Below, one piece after another: positions 36,573 through 49,429 of a DNA stretch of 64,000 nucleotides. This DNA is from Octopus bimaculoides (taxonomy: Eukaryota), in assembly GCF_001194135.2 (NCBI RefSeq), contig NC_068985.1, positions 118,757,653 to 118,821,652 on the forward strand, written 5' to 3'. Every line of letters begins with the position of its first letter. Position 1 is the stretch's first letter. The notes beneath the pieces are model-generated. The model saw only the letters and a program-made list of their open reading frames with translations, was not told the origin of the DNA and made no database searches. The position numbers were made by a program, and so were the translations under genes.

Positions 36573-37285
36573 CACCAACTCAGTGAAAAAGAATATATAC
36601 CACACAAGTGTGACTCATATTGTTAGTGCTTGTGAAAGTCTTGTGCAGAGAGAGTACAAGTGTAGACATGACAAGGTAACCCAAAACCTCCACTGGCTAC
36701 TATGCTGTAAGTATGAATATAAGGTAAGTATGAATATAATGGTAAGTATGAATATAATGGTACTTAGTACCAACATACACCAGAAAAGGTAATGGACGAA
36801 AAGGGGAATGTAAAAATCCTTTTGGACTTTGGCTTCCAGACAGACAAGGTATTAGAGCACCGAAGGCCGAGTATAGTAACCTTTAGGAGGGACAAACAAG
36901 AGTGCCTGATAATCAACATGGCAGTGCCAGGAGATCAACAGATCATCATGGAAGAAAGAGAAAAGGTTGATAGATATGGAAACCTGAGAATTGAGATCGC
37001 TAAAATGTGGCAGCTACGAGAGTCAAACATAAAGGTTTTCCCTATTGTCATCAGAGCATTGGGTTCAATACCATCCAATCTGAAAAAAACATCTGGAAAC
37101 TTCAGAAATACTCGACAATCTAGGTGTATTGCAAAAGTCGGCATTACTTGGAACTGCATGCATATTGCATAAAGTACAGTCTGAGGTCCTTGTTGTGACT
37201 TCACAAACAGTACAACCCCCCCCCCCCCGGTAGACACAATATCTTCAATCAACAACCTCATGCTATTGTATATTGTGCGATGTCT
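36573..37285 (+). mobile_element. R4/Dong-like (RLE) retrotransposon 3' fragment, degenerate
   Basis: Zinc-knuckle region (VTHIVSACESLVQREYKCRHDKVTQNLHWLLC) followed by RLE motifs (KILLDFGFQTDKVLEHRRPSIV...CLIINMAVPGD...EKVDRYGNLRIEIAKMW), with frameshifts. Flanked by (AAT)n on both sides. Confidence 0.85.
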
Positions 37286-38088
37286 ATAATAATAATCAGC
37301 AGCTAAAATTTTTTTTTCTGTCTTTGAGAGTAGGGGAAGACAATTACATTAACTCTAGTAGTTGACTGGTTCTTATTTCATTGATTCTGAAAAGATGAAA
37401 GGTAAAGTTGACCTCAGCAGAATTTGAACTTAGAACATAAAGACGGATGAAATATTGCAGAGCATTTTGTCTAGCATGCTAATGTTTCTGCAAGTTCCCT
37501 GCCTTAGTAATAATAATAAAAATAAAAATAATAATAATAATACCAGGCAGTGACTTTCATGGCTTCTGATCTTAACTAATTGGAAGTGTTATCATGTACA
37601 TGGTTTGTCTTGGAGTAAAAAAGATGGGTTATAACAAATATTCTGCTCAATACCACATATTTGCTTCTCAGTTACTTGACCATGACCAGTTGCGCATGTT
37701 TTTTAATGAATGATGGTATGTGCATCACTAATCATGAGCAGGAGTAATGGGGGAGCATCATAGCCATGCATTAAGAGGAATTCTTTGAGGTTTGAATAAT
37801 TCACCTCTGGAAACATGGGCATTTCCTTCAACATCCTAAAACAGTTCTTCCTCATTCGAGGACCTTTTGAACAGGGTGGCTTACTCAACCTGTAGAAAAT
37901 TTTAACTGGGCCCCACCTGCAAGGTCAAGCCCTGTTTATCTTGGTATACGATCACTATGTCATGCACTTATGGTTGTGATGCATGTGCCTGGTGCACTCT
38001 TATCAGATGGGTGGTCATGATGGGTATGTTGGGCTTTGTATATTTGTACCTCAATGATGCTTTGATGGCATGTCCTGCTTTCTAACAC

Positions 38089-38281
<193 letters not shown>

Positions 38282-38727
38282 AAAATCCTTTCTACTATAG
38301 GCACAAGGCCTGAAATTTTGGGGGAGGGGACTAGTTGATTACATTGACCCTAGTCTTTCACTGGTCCTTAATTTATTGACCCCAAAAGGATGAAAGGCAA
38401 AGTTGACCTCAGTGAAATTTGAACTCGGAATGTAGCAACAGACGAAATACTGCTAAGCATTTCGTCCTGTGTGCTGACAATTCTGTCAGCTTGACACCTT
38501 AATAATAATGATAATAATAATAATAATAATAATAATAATCATCATCGTTTAATGTCTGCCTTCCATGCTAGCATAAATTTATTACATAGACACAAGGCCA
38601 GAAATTTGGTGGAATGAAATAGATGATTAAGTCAAATCCCATACTTTATCCAACATCATGATGAGTTTGCTGTCTTGAATAACAAGAATAATCTTTTCTA
38701 GTATAGGCACAAAGCCTGAAAATTGGA

Positions 38728-38781
<54 letters not shown>

Positions 38782-39080
38782 NNNNNNNNNNATGGTGTTA
38801 ATACTAATGCCGGTAATTGAACAATGTTTGCTTTAGCAGTAGTAGTCGTCGTCGTCGTCGTTTAATGTCCGCTTTCCATGCTAGCATGGGTTGGACGATT
38901 TGACTGAGGACTGGTGAAACCAGATGGCTACACCAGGCTCCAATCTGATTTGGCAGAGTTTCTACAGCTGGATGCCCTTCCTAAAGCCAACCACTCAGAG
39001 AGTGTAGTGGGTGCTTTTACATGTCACCCACACGAAGGCCAGTCAGGCGGTACTGGCAACGGCCACGCTCATCTCGCTCG

Positions 39081-39392
39081 AGAAACCTCATGTGTCACCC
39101 GCACAAGAGCCCCAGCCCAGGGGCACTGGCAACGATCCCGCTCGAAAATCCTACAACAACTCCACACAAGAGCTAGCTCAGGGGCACCGGCAACGATCTC
39201 GCTCGAAGAAATTCCATGTGTCACCCGCACAAGAGCCAGCCCAGGGGCACCGGCAACGATCCCGCTCAGAAGATTTCATGGGTCGCTCGCACAAGAGCCA
39301 GCCCAGGGGCACCGGCAACGATCTCGCTCAGAAGATTTCATGTGTCGCCCGCACATGAGCCAATCCAGGGGCACCGGCAACGATCCCGCTCG
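39081..39392. repeat. Minisatellite, five copies of a ~62-bp GC-rich unit derived from SINE-C internal sequence
   Basis: Unit ...cacaagagccagcccaggggcaccggcaacgatc(c/t)cgctc, continuing directly from the homologous segment of the SINE-C copy at 38845-39080. Confidence 0.9.
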
Positions 39393-39813
39393 TTGGTAAT
39401 AATAATAATAGTGGTGGTGTTGATGGAGGTGGTGATCGTAGTAATCATGGTGAGGTGGTGAAGGTGGTTATGATGTTGATAATAGTGATGATGACAGAGA
39501 AGGTATTGGTGATATCTGAACAGGTAATTCTGGGTAATGAGTAAGGGAGAGGGTAAACTGAGAGTGTGGTGGTGGTGGTGGGTGGATGGATGAATGGATG
39601 GTTGCATGAGGATAGTGATAATGATTTTGATATTCTATTTTCATGGTTTGGTGGGGGAGATGAAAACAATCGCATTGATGACGATGACGACAGCGATAAC
39701 AACGGCAACAATGACGATGCTGACATTTACAATGGCAACAACAACAATGATGCAGATGGTAATGCTTGTTGTTATTGTAAACACAGACACACAAATATAT
39801 ACATATAAATATA

Positions 39814-39851
<38 letters not shown>

Positions 39852-39902
39852 TATCTATATATATATATATAGATATAGATATATAGATATATATATATAT
39901 AG

Positions 39903-39939
<37 letters not shown>

Positions 39940-40792
39940 NNNNNNNNNNNNNNNNNNNNNNNNNNNNNNNNNNNNNNNNNNNNNNNNNNNNNNNNNNNNN
40001 NNNNNNNNNNNNNNNNNNNNNNNNNNNNNNNNNNNNNNNNNNNNNNNNNNNNNNNNNNNNNNNNNNNNNNNNNNNNNNNNNNNNNNNNNNNNNNNNNNNN
40101 NNNNNNNNNNNNNNNNNNNNNNNNNNNNNNNNNNNNNNNNNNNNNNNNNNNNNNNNNNNNNNNNNNNNNNNNNNNNNNNNNNNNNNNNNNNNNNNNNNNN
40201 NNNNNNNNNNNNNNNNNNNNNNNNNNNNNNNNNNNNNNNNNNNNNNNNNNNNNNNNNNNNNNTATATATATATATATATATATATATATGCATGCATGAC
40301 AGGCTTTTTTTAGTTTCTGTCAACCAAATCCATTCACAAAGCTTTAGTCGGTCCGAGGCTGTAGTAGAAGACACTTGCCCAAGGTGCCACACAGTGGGAC
40401 TGAACCTGGAACCATGTGATTGAGAAGCAAGTTTCTTACCACTGCCATGCCTGCTAATAATTCTGCCAGCTCACTGCCTTAATGAGAATGATAAGACTAA
40501 GACTAATAGTAGAAACAGTAAGTATTGATAACGTGCGGTGAGTAGCAACAACAGTATTGATGATGGTATTGATGATGATGATGATGATGATGATGGTGGT
40601 GATGATGATGATCATCATCATCATCATCATTCTCATAATCATTATCAACATCACCATGGCATCAGTACCAATGCTGTTGCTACCCTCCAATACAGAAGCA
40701 ATTAAAGGAGAGAAGTAGCTGTAGGAACATTACTTTGTTAATAGCTGAATCCAAACATATTCTTCCCTCCACCTCCATAAAACACACACAGA

Positions 40793-40830
<38 letters not shown>

Positions 40831-41167
40831 CACACCAGGCACATACATACACCTACACACATAAACATATACAAACAACATCCATAAAGATCCATTTGGC
40901 TCTGTATAAGAGTGAAGCCAAACAGTGGTGTTTGCATATTTGGATTGCTGGGTCTCTCCTCAGGCATTTTCTCCACATTAAGAGACATTTCCCATTGGTT
41001 CTCATTGTAATCGCTCAAAAACAAAGCAATTAGTGTAATTTAGTTAGACAACAGCAGCAGTCAAGCTAGCATTTAGATATTTCATACATAGGCTCTCAGA
41101 CAGTGTAATGTGTTTTATTTACATTTTCCTGTCATGTTATAACGGATACTTAAAGCAGCATGAACAT

Positions 41168-41203
<36 letters not shown>

Positions 41204-41256
41204 AAATCCATATATTATTCACCTACATATGTAAACATACAAACCTATATATATAT

Positions 41257-41346
<90 letters not shown>

Positions 41347-41809
41347 NNNNNNNNNNNNNNNNNNNNNNNNNNNNNNNNNNNNNNNNNNNNNNNNNNNNNN
41401 NNNNNNNNNNNNNNNNNNNNNNNNNNNNNNNNNNNNNNNNNNNNNNNNNNNNNNNNNNNNNNNNNNNNNNNNNNNNNNNNNNNNNNNNNNNNNNNNNNNN
41501 NNNNNNNNNNNNNNNNNNNNNNNNNNNNNNNNNNNNNNNNNNNNNNNNNNNNNNNNNNNNNNNNNNNNNNNNNNNNNNNNNNNNNNNNNNNNNNNNNNNN
41601 NNNNNNNNNNNNNNNNNNNNNNNNNNNNNNNNNNNNNNNNNNNNNNNNNNNNNNNNNNNNNNNNNNNNNNNNNNNNNNNNNNNNNNNNNNNNNNNNNNNN
41701 NNNNNNNNNNNNNNNNNNNNNNNNNNNNNNNNNNNNNNNNNNNNNNNNNNNNNNNNNNNNNNNNNNNNNNNNNNNNNNNNNNNNNNNNNNNNNNNNNNNN
41801 NNNNNNNNN

Positions 41810-41859
<50 letters not shown>

Positions 41860-42509
41860 CATCATCATCATTGTTTAACGTCCGCTTTCCATGCTGGCAT
41901 GGTTGGACGGTTTGACTGAGGAGTTTCTATGGCTGGATGCCCTTCCAAACACCAACCACTTTACAATATGTGGGGGATACTTTTCTTCATGCCGCCAGCA
42001 ATAGTGTGATTGCCAAATAACTTGCAAGACAATCAAAGGAAAAGGAAAAGGAAAGAGGCCCCTCAGTTATATTGTAGGAGTATTTGAGAGGAGGAAAAGC
42101 GGATTTTTACCAGGTGTTGGGAGTGGGGTTAAAGAGGAACTAATACAGGTGTCTTGCTATAGTGAAGATACATGGATACTCCACAATGTACAAGGATGAG
42201 AGGGAGTACCTATGATGATAAATACAGGAATGTAGTTACCCACAGAGATAAACAATTATGGAAAAAATATTAGTGTTTTAACACAAGACTTTACTTAACA
42301 TACAACATACACATGTGAATCCAATGACATAAAACAATCTACTGGTCAAATTCTGGTGGGAAAGTCTGTATAAACATAAAGTACACACTATAAAAATGAC
42401 AGTACAGAAACCCAAACCAGTCAGCATCCTGAAGATGAGGCTAAGATAGTCTGGAAATGTTGATGAAAGCAAACTTGGGAACTTTGATGTTTCAAATGAA
42501 CTAAAAGGA

Positions 42510-42710
42510 AGTGATACTCAGTTCAATAAATTCCGAGGTTGGAAGCAAAACTAGAATTGAAAGGCTTGGGAGTAAACCTTGCAAAGACAAAAGTTTTAGT
42601 TAACTGGAAAGAAGCCCGGAGTGTACTTCTCTCAGAAGGGTAGTCATGCTCTATATATAGAAGAGGCATGTGTAGTGCCTCTATACTGTGTACCAAATGT
42701 AAATTAGGAT
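42510..42710 (+). mobile_element. RTE-X-like LINE internal fragment (post-RT, Cys-rich)
   Basis: LELKGLGVNLAKTKVLV...SCSIYRRGMCSASILCTKCKL resembles RTE-X LESKGLRVNLAKTK...WPCSICRKGVG.NSI.C..CK.W. Confidence 0.7.
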
Positions 42711-42739
42711 TTTTTCTTTCTAAGGCCTCCATCTATCAT

Positions 42740-43190
42740 TAATAATTATCGATGAAGGTCCCAGTTGTCCATTCTACAGGAACAGTTTTTCTTTTGTGGT
42801 TGAACTGTCCAATGCGTGAATGACAGTCTCTACCACACAAACTGCACTTGTGGGCTGTACTAATACTGTTTGAGTTGAAGTGCCCCCTCAATAGGTTCCA
42901 AGCCTGGGCAGTATGGCATGGAGGATAGGTTGTTGTCCATGCAGCACAACCCACTCTCCACATCACTAATGGAACCAAAAGAACAGCATGGCCATGACAA
43001 ACTGGCACCAGCAACATTGCAGGAGTTGCCAGAATAAGGTGAGGTTGTAGATATCAAACTGTCTCAGGAGCTCCAATCTCAATTTCCCTCAATCCTTCCA
43101 CAAGGCAGTGGAGGTTTGGAATCAGGATTTTCCTTCCCCTAGATGGATTGCCCTCCTCCAAGCTTTTAAGCTCCAGCTGCCTGACTGACG
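42740..43190 (-). mobile_element. Internally deleted RTE derivative (5'-UTR-like part plus C2H2-like 3' end)
   Basis: Minus-strand HKCSLCGRDCHSRIGQFNHKRK matches the RTE terminal zinc finger. Upstream ggggaaggaaaatcctgattccaaacc resembles RTE 5' UTR sequence. Confidence 0.55.
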
Positions 43191-43338
43191 TGCTAATTAA
43201 CCCACAATAGGAACTTTAACAGGTGCTTCTGCTTCGGGTCAGTGTAGATCTGGGGACAATAATAACTAAAATGTGGTCCCACACTCTTCAAAACCCTAGA
43301 ACTCCTGAATCAGGGTCCTACTATTGGATGCAATTTAA

Positions 43339-43550
43339 CCCTTTATCATTTAAACTGGCCATATCAGGCCTAGATATTCTACTTGTCTTATGTTAAAACT
43401 AGCCAGATCTAGCTTCTCACACCTGCCCTACAATATTATTCCAAAAATTAAACCCTCCCATTATTGAAACCTCAAGGTTACAAGATATTGCATGATTAAT
43501 TTAAAACAACAAGAATAAATAAACATTACACTTGGCAGAATAATCTGAAT
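43339..43550. mobile_element. piggyBac-like MITE, 3'-truncated copy
   Basis: TTAA|ccctttatcatttaaactggccatatc...taatctgaatgc, homologous to 53032-53247. Confidence 0.7.
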
Positions 43551-44677
43551 GCATATATTGTTGATGGTTAGACAATAATTATTAGACCATCAGGACACAA
43601 ATTAGGATAGACACAAAAGCTGCAGAGGGATCAAAGGCAGACTGACAGAGAAGAAAGACTTTATATGTAGCAGTTGCTCAAAAGTAGTTAGCAGTAGGAG
43701 CATCCCTCCTCTCTGCTGGGAGGCACAAGTGCTTACATGCACATGGACACACACGACAGAAACTTCTGCCTACTAAATTCAATGATAAGGCTTCGGTTGG
43801 CCCAAGGCTATAGCAGAAGACACCTGCCTAAGGTGTCACATAGTTGGACTGAACCTGAAACCACGTGGCTGGGAAGCAAGCTTCCTAGCCACATAGCCAT
43901 GCCTTCAAATGCCCGGAAGATTCTCTAAAAGCTGTTGATAGTTTTGATAACCTAACTGACCTAATTAGCAATCGAAGTCAGGTGTTCTGAGAGAATAATA
44001 GCTGGAGCAAGAACACATATATTTATATTTAGCTATTTTCCCTGTTTAAAATGTTTGTTTATATAGGTATGTTAAGCTTGACTGAAGTGTTTGTATAGCT
44101 TTACAACAAAATGTAAATAAAACACACCCTCTATCTGTCTGTCTCCCTCTCTCTCTTTCTGTTTCACACACATGCACACATGCAAAATTTGAAAAGATCA
44201 TAAATTCCTCCTTAAAACACACTCCCCATCTCTCTTTAGTCTATCCTTGCTAACATCAGACACAGTGTGACATTATACTAATCAGCCAATTATCTATGTT
44301 CACTTTGTGTCTATTGACTATCATCGACATCCACTCAGATCAATATCAAACCGGATGCTGGCACAAAGTCATATGGGTGAGCTAATGATACATGAGCAAT
44401 CGACTTACAAGAAATAGCAACCAAATCTCACTCAAATCACAGATTACTATCTTAAAAGGATAATGTCGATCTAGATACATCATATAATGTGTCAATAAAA
44501 GGCAGGATAGTCACAGCTGGAATATTTCTGATGATAGATCATCTAAGCCATAGCTGACTTGGGGTTAAACTGCAACATAATATAGATCTCAAAGCATAGT
44601 TACAAAAGTGAAATAGTAAGATAGATTGGTTATTGAACTATGTGCTCTAGGTTATTGAACTGTGCACCCTAAATATA

Positions 44678-44893
44678 CAAGGAGGTGATGAAAAGTTCTG
44701 GTTTTGGGTAAAAGAAAATACAGGAGGATCAGTTAATTATGATTTTTTTCAACATATTCCCCTCTCAGGTTCACACACTTATTGCAGTGGCCCTTCAGTT
44801 TTCCTAAGCCTTGTAAAAGAACTCAGAAGGTTGGGTTTCCAGCCAGGCCTTTTGCGATACCCTTAAAGCCAGGAACTTTTCAGCTACCCCTTG
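44678..44893. mobile_element. Tc1/mariner-type MITE, copy 1 (~216 bp)
   Basis: TA|caaggaggtgatgaaaagttctgg ... ccaggaacttttcagctaccccttg|TA: terminal inverted repeats with a TA target duplication. A second copy lies at 46895-47112. Confidence 0.85.
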
Positions 44894-46894
44894 TACAGAG
44901 CCAAAACCATAAGTATTTAGTTTCACTGTAAAATTACTTACTACTTGTACTAGTGGTGGCATTCATCAAGGGTAGGTTGAGCCAGTCCTGACCAACAAGT
45001 TCACCATGTCTCTCATCAGACATAGAGTTCATGTTTGGCATTTTCAGTGGGAATACAAGCTCACATGTGGTCCCTGGTCATATGCATACACACTTTGGGA
45101 CAGTGTGATCCATAGCAACTCATTTTGCTGTTGATTATTGACCATTGAAGAGGATTTTCTGACCAAATCACTGCTGATTATTAGAGCAGATATAGCCTGG
45201 GTTTGAATCAAGTTGTAGAGACATACTTTAACAAAAGCTGTGGGGTGCCCAACTCCAGCATGCCAGACACCAACCCAGAATTTCCAAGGGCTTGTGCTAT
45301 TGCTAGATAGTTGTTGAACCTATGCTAAGTTCACCCATCCTTTTGAGAGGTTTTGTTTTCAGTCCTGCTAGGTTTCTAGCAACACTCCTCAGCAGGCAAA
45401 CTTAGTGGGGTTACTGGTTTAGTCACTGCCAATTTGACCAAGCAACAGGTTGTACTGGATTCCATTTTAACAGTAGCACTCATAAGAGACCTCACAAGTG
45501 GTCTGACACTAGCCCTCAAGGAGAGCCCTTTCTGGCAGTTTGGGATGACAACTGAATTGATTAGCTTCAAATTTATTTAAACAACTCATCAAGATTTGTT
45601 CATCATTTCCTCACAAGATGCTGAGATAAAGTAGCTGTTGTGTAAACTAATTTCTATCACCATTGGTTTTTGATATTAATGCTAAATAAGGCAGTGAGCT
45701 GGCAAAATTGCTAGAAGACCAGACAAAATACTAAGCAGTATTTCGTCTGTCTTTACATTCTGTGTCCAATTTCTGCCAAGGTCAATTTTGTTTCTCATCC
45801 TTTTCGGGGTCAATGAAATAAGTACCAGTTGTGCACTGGTGTTGATGTAATTGACTTCCCCCACCTCCCCCAAAATTTCAGGCCTTGTACCTATTGTAGA
45901 AAGGATACTAATACTAAGCATTTCTATTCTGGAATTCTACTATATTTGAAATATACTGTTTGGATTACCTAATAACACTCTTTTGTAATATAATTTTTGG
46001 AATCTAATTTCTAATAGATATAGCAAGCTGCATGAACTCTCTGTTTAGTTTGCAATATCATTGTTTGCTAATGTCATTATGGCACTGACATGTCTTTTGC
46101 ATACTAGCATAAGGTTAGGACTGTCTAAAGCGATTACTAATTCAGTGTATATTGTGCTGCTTAGATGATATTGGCAAATCACAAAACACATATATAACAG
46201 ATGTCTGAAAATTTGAACTTACTGTTGTAGACTTATATAATCATCATATATAATTACTGTAAAGTATCATTATATAATTATTGCTTATAATTATCATAAA
46301 ATATAACAGTAGTGGAAGGCTTCTTATTAACATGTAAACAAACATGTGATTTAGGCATAACTCATTTACATAATGGTATATTGTTGATGGCTAGACAATA
46401 ATTACTAGACTATCAATACAATGTGGGTTATGAATAAATCTCCCCTCCCACCCTCTCACTACAATTGCACTGTTTTTCTTGTCTTACTCTCTCTTCATTC
46501 TCTCTCTCTCACTCATTTTCTCTCTGTTTTTCACTGTCTTCTCTTCACCCACTTGGCTTTAAATAAACAGAGACAATGCAGTGTAGTGAGGACTCGTTAC
46601 TCTTGATTAGCTTAATACAAATGCTTTGATACTGGTGTCATGATAACAAATACTCAGCATATTCTGTAAATTGGTTGGTGAATGGATGAAGACAATGGAG
46701 AAAATTGAGAAACTTTTTAGCCTTGTCAAAGTCATGTGCTGGTGTCATGGTAAAATACACCCAGTATACTCAATAAAGTGATTGGTGAATGAAGAGACAA
46801 CATAAGTTGAAAGGACCCTTTAATTATACTGAGGACATGAGAGCCTCTGTAGAGTTACAGCCCTGATAGAATGCACCCAATACACTTTGTAAAG

Positions 46895-47112
46895 CAAAGG
46901 GATGCTAAAAAGTTCCTGGTTTTGGGTAAAAGAAAATACAGGAGGATCAGTTAATTATGATTTTATGGAACATATTCCCCTCTCAGATTCACACACTTAT
47001 TGCAGTGGCCCTTCAGTTTATCTAAGCTTTGTAAAAGAACTCAGAAGGTTTGGCTTCCAACCAGGCCTTTTGCGACACCCTTAAAGCCAGGAACTTTTCA
47101 GCACCCACCTCG
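46895..47112. mobile_element. Tc1/mariner-type MITE, copy 2
   Basis: Same internal sequence as 44678-44893, ending ccaggaacttttcagcacccacctcg|TA. Confidence 0.85.
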
Positions 47113-47544
47113 TACAAGGTAAATAAAGTCCTCTGATCCATCCAGGAGGGTAGTAGCTTTGAATAAGAGCAAATTTGGACAGTAATGACTTGTCTAACCC
47201 ATGCCAGTATAGAAACCAGATGTAAAATGATGTTGATACTGATGATATACAGCCATAGTGATGTGTATTTATTTGTATTGGAACTCTGGTAAATACCGTT
47301 TCCTAGGTCATGATTTAAATCGATTGCTGGTGCTTTGTTGTTTTAGGGCAGAACACTTTATTCTATATTGCCTTAGTTCACCTAGATGTCAGAAGGTACC
47401 CGATCATGTGAGAGTGTGACCTGAGGTTGACCAGTCTCATATCCAGTGGGAGTTCTAGCTGTCACTTACATAGGTCCATGAAACCAGAGCTAAGTAGCGA
47501 CACTTAAAAGCCCAGAAAGGTATTAAAATTTGGTATCTTTTGTC

Positions 47545-47718
47545 TTTTAGTTTTTACTTGTTTCAATCATTATATTGTGGACATGCTGGGGGTACCACCT
47601 CGAAGAATTTTAGTTGAATGAATCAACCCTAGTACTTATAAATTTTCGAAGCCTGGTATTAATTCTATCAGTCTGTTTTGCTGAGAAGCTAAGTTACAGG
47701 GACAAAGCAGTGGTAGGG

Positions 47719-47756
<38 letters not shown>

Positions 47757-47910
47757 ACAGGCATCTTTCAATCTCCATCTACCAAATCCACTGACAAGGA
47801 TTTGGTTGGCCCAAGGCTATAATAGAAGAAACTTTCCTGAGGTGCCATGCAGTGGGCTGAACCAAGAACCATGAACCATGTAGTTGGGAAGCAAACTTTT
47901 TATCTAACAG
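47545..47910 (-). mobile_element. SINE family A, minus-strand copy
   Basis: Reverse complement of body and head. Other minus copies lie at 29150-29428, 40298-40452, 43745-43905 and 55243-55344. Confidence 0.8.
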
Positions 47911-48464
47911 CTACAAGAAAATATAAATATACACAAACACACAAATTAACAAAAAGATCTATGTATACATACATACACAGAGAGAGATTTGTTTCTATTT
48001 GTCAACTGTGAATAAATTTTACCCCAGGCTATTCTATTATATTNNNNNNNNNNNNNNNNNNNNNNNNNNNNNNNNNNNNNNNNNNNNNNNNNNNNNNNNN
48101 NNNNNNNNNNNNNNNNNNNNNNNNNNNNNNNNNNNNNNNNNNNNNNNNNNNNNNNNNNNNNNNNNNNNNNNNNNNNNNNNNNNNNNNNNNNNNNNNNNNN
48201 NNTATATATTATTTTGTTTAAAAGACTTCCAACACTGTCTGTTTTTTGTTTTATTTATATTCCTGCAGAACCAATGTGGGGTATAGAATATGGAATATAC
48301 AATATATAATATAATATACAATATATAAAATAAAATAAAATAAAATAAAATAAAATAAAAATGGATGGCACCATGAAAGAAAGTATTGAATGTAGATGAA
48401 ATATTGAGTGTTCAATATAAAGGATCAAATATATAAATATAAAAATATAAATATATATATATAT

Positions 48465-48872
48465 AGGCTCAGGTATAGCTGTGTGGTAAGAAGTTTGCTT
48501 TCCCAACCACATGGTTCTGGGTGCAGTCCCACTGTGTGGTACCTTGGGCAAGAGCCTTCTGCTATAGCCTTGCGCTGACCAGAGTCTTGTGAGTGGATTT
48601 AGTAGACGGAAACTGAAGGAAGCTCATCACGCATATCTATGTGTGTGTATCTTTGTGTTTGTGTTTGTCCCCCTCCCTCACCTGCTTGACAACTAATGTT
48701 GGTGTGTTTATGTCTCCATAACTTTGTGGTTTGGCAAAAAAGACCGATAAAATAAGTATCGGCTTAAAAAAAGAAAGCAAACACAGGAATTGATTCATTC
48801 GATTAAAAATTCTTAAAGGCAGTGCCCCAGCATGGCCGCAGTCTAATGGCTGAAACAAATAAAAGATAAAAG
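48465..48872 (+). mobile_element. SINE family A, near full length
   Basis: Same structure as the other family A copies. Confidence 0.85.
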
Positions 48873-49429
48873 ACGGTGTGTGTGTGTGTGTGTGTGCATG
48901 CATGCCTGAATGTATAGCTGAACATCAACTGCAACTGTCACCAGTCTGGGCAGACCTACCAATTTATTCAAATTCTACTTTGCTTAAATATTCCATTGTA
49001 ATGATATAAATTAGTCTGCCAGCATAATCATGCTATCTAACACATATATCTGACAGTTACATTTGTGTTTTGCACAATTTTTCTTTATATTTTCTGCTGG
49101 TAGATGTTGCTATATTTTCCAAGATCCCTTTTATAATCAGTGTCCAAAAATTGTTTTCTGTATACACAAAATACTTCTACTGGAATGTATACTTTTCTTG
49201 TTGCTGAAGAGTCATCTACATAAACATTGTCTCCTCAGTAAAAGCTTATGTTGTCAAACAAATACTGATTTGGATTGTTCCATGTATATGCGATTATTTC
49301 CCCTGTATATGTCCTTCTTCAATCCCCAATGTTAAACATTAACATAAATTTTTCCCTTCATTTAAATTTCATTGATCTTTGTTCCAGTATATATCTGTTT
49401 CTCCTATTTGACAATGCAAATGTTGTCCA

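Noticed and set aside
39081-39392. CRISPR-like array (conserved ~42 bp plus variable ~20 bp) and the ORFs 38914-39399, 39011-39358 and 39216-39461
   Set aside because: Most spacers are homologous to each other, the unit derives from the adjacent SINE, the context is eukaryotic, and there are no cas genes. The ORFs are by-products of a GC-rich tandem repeat.
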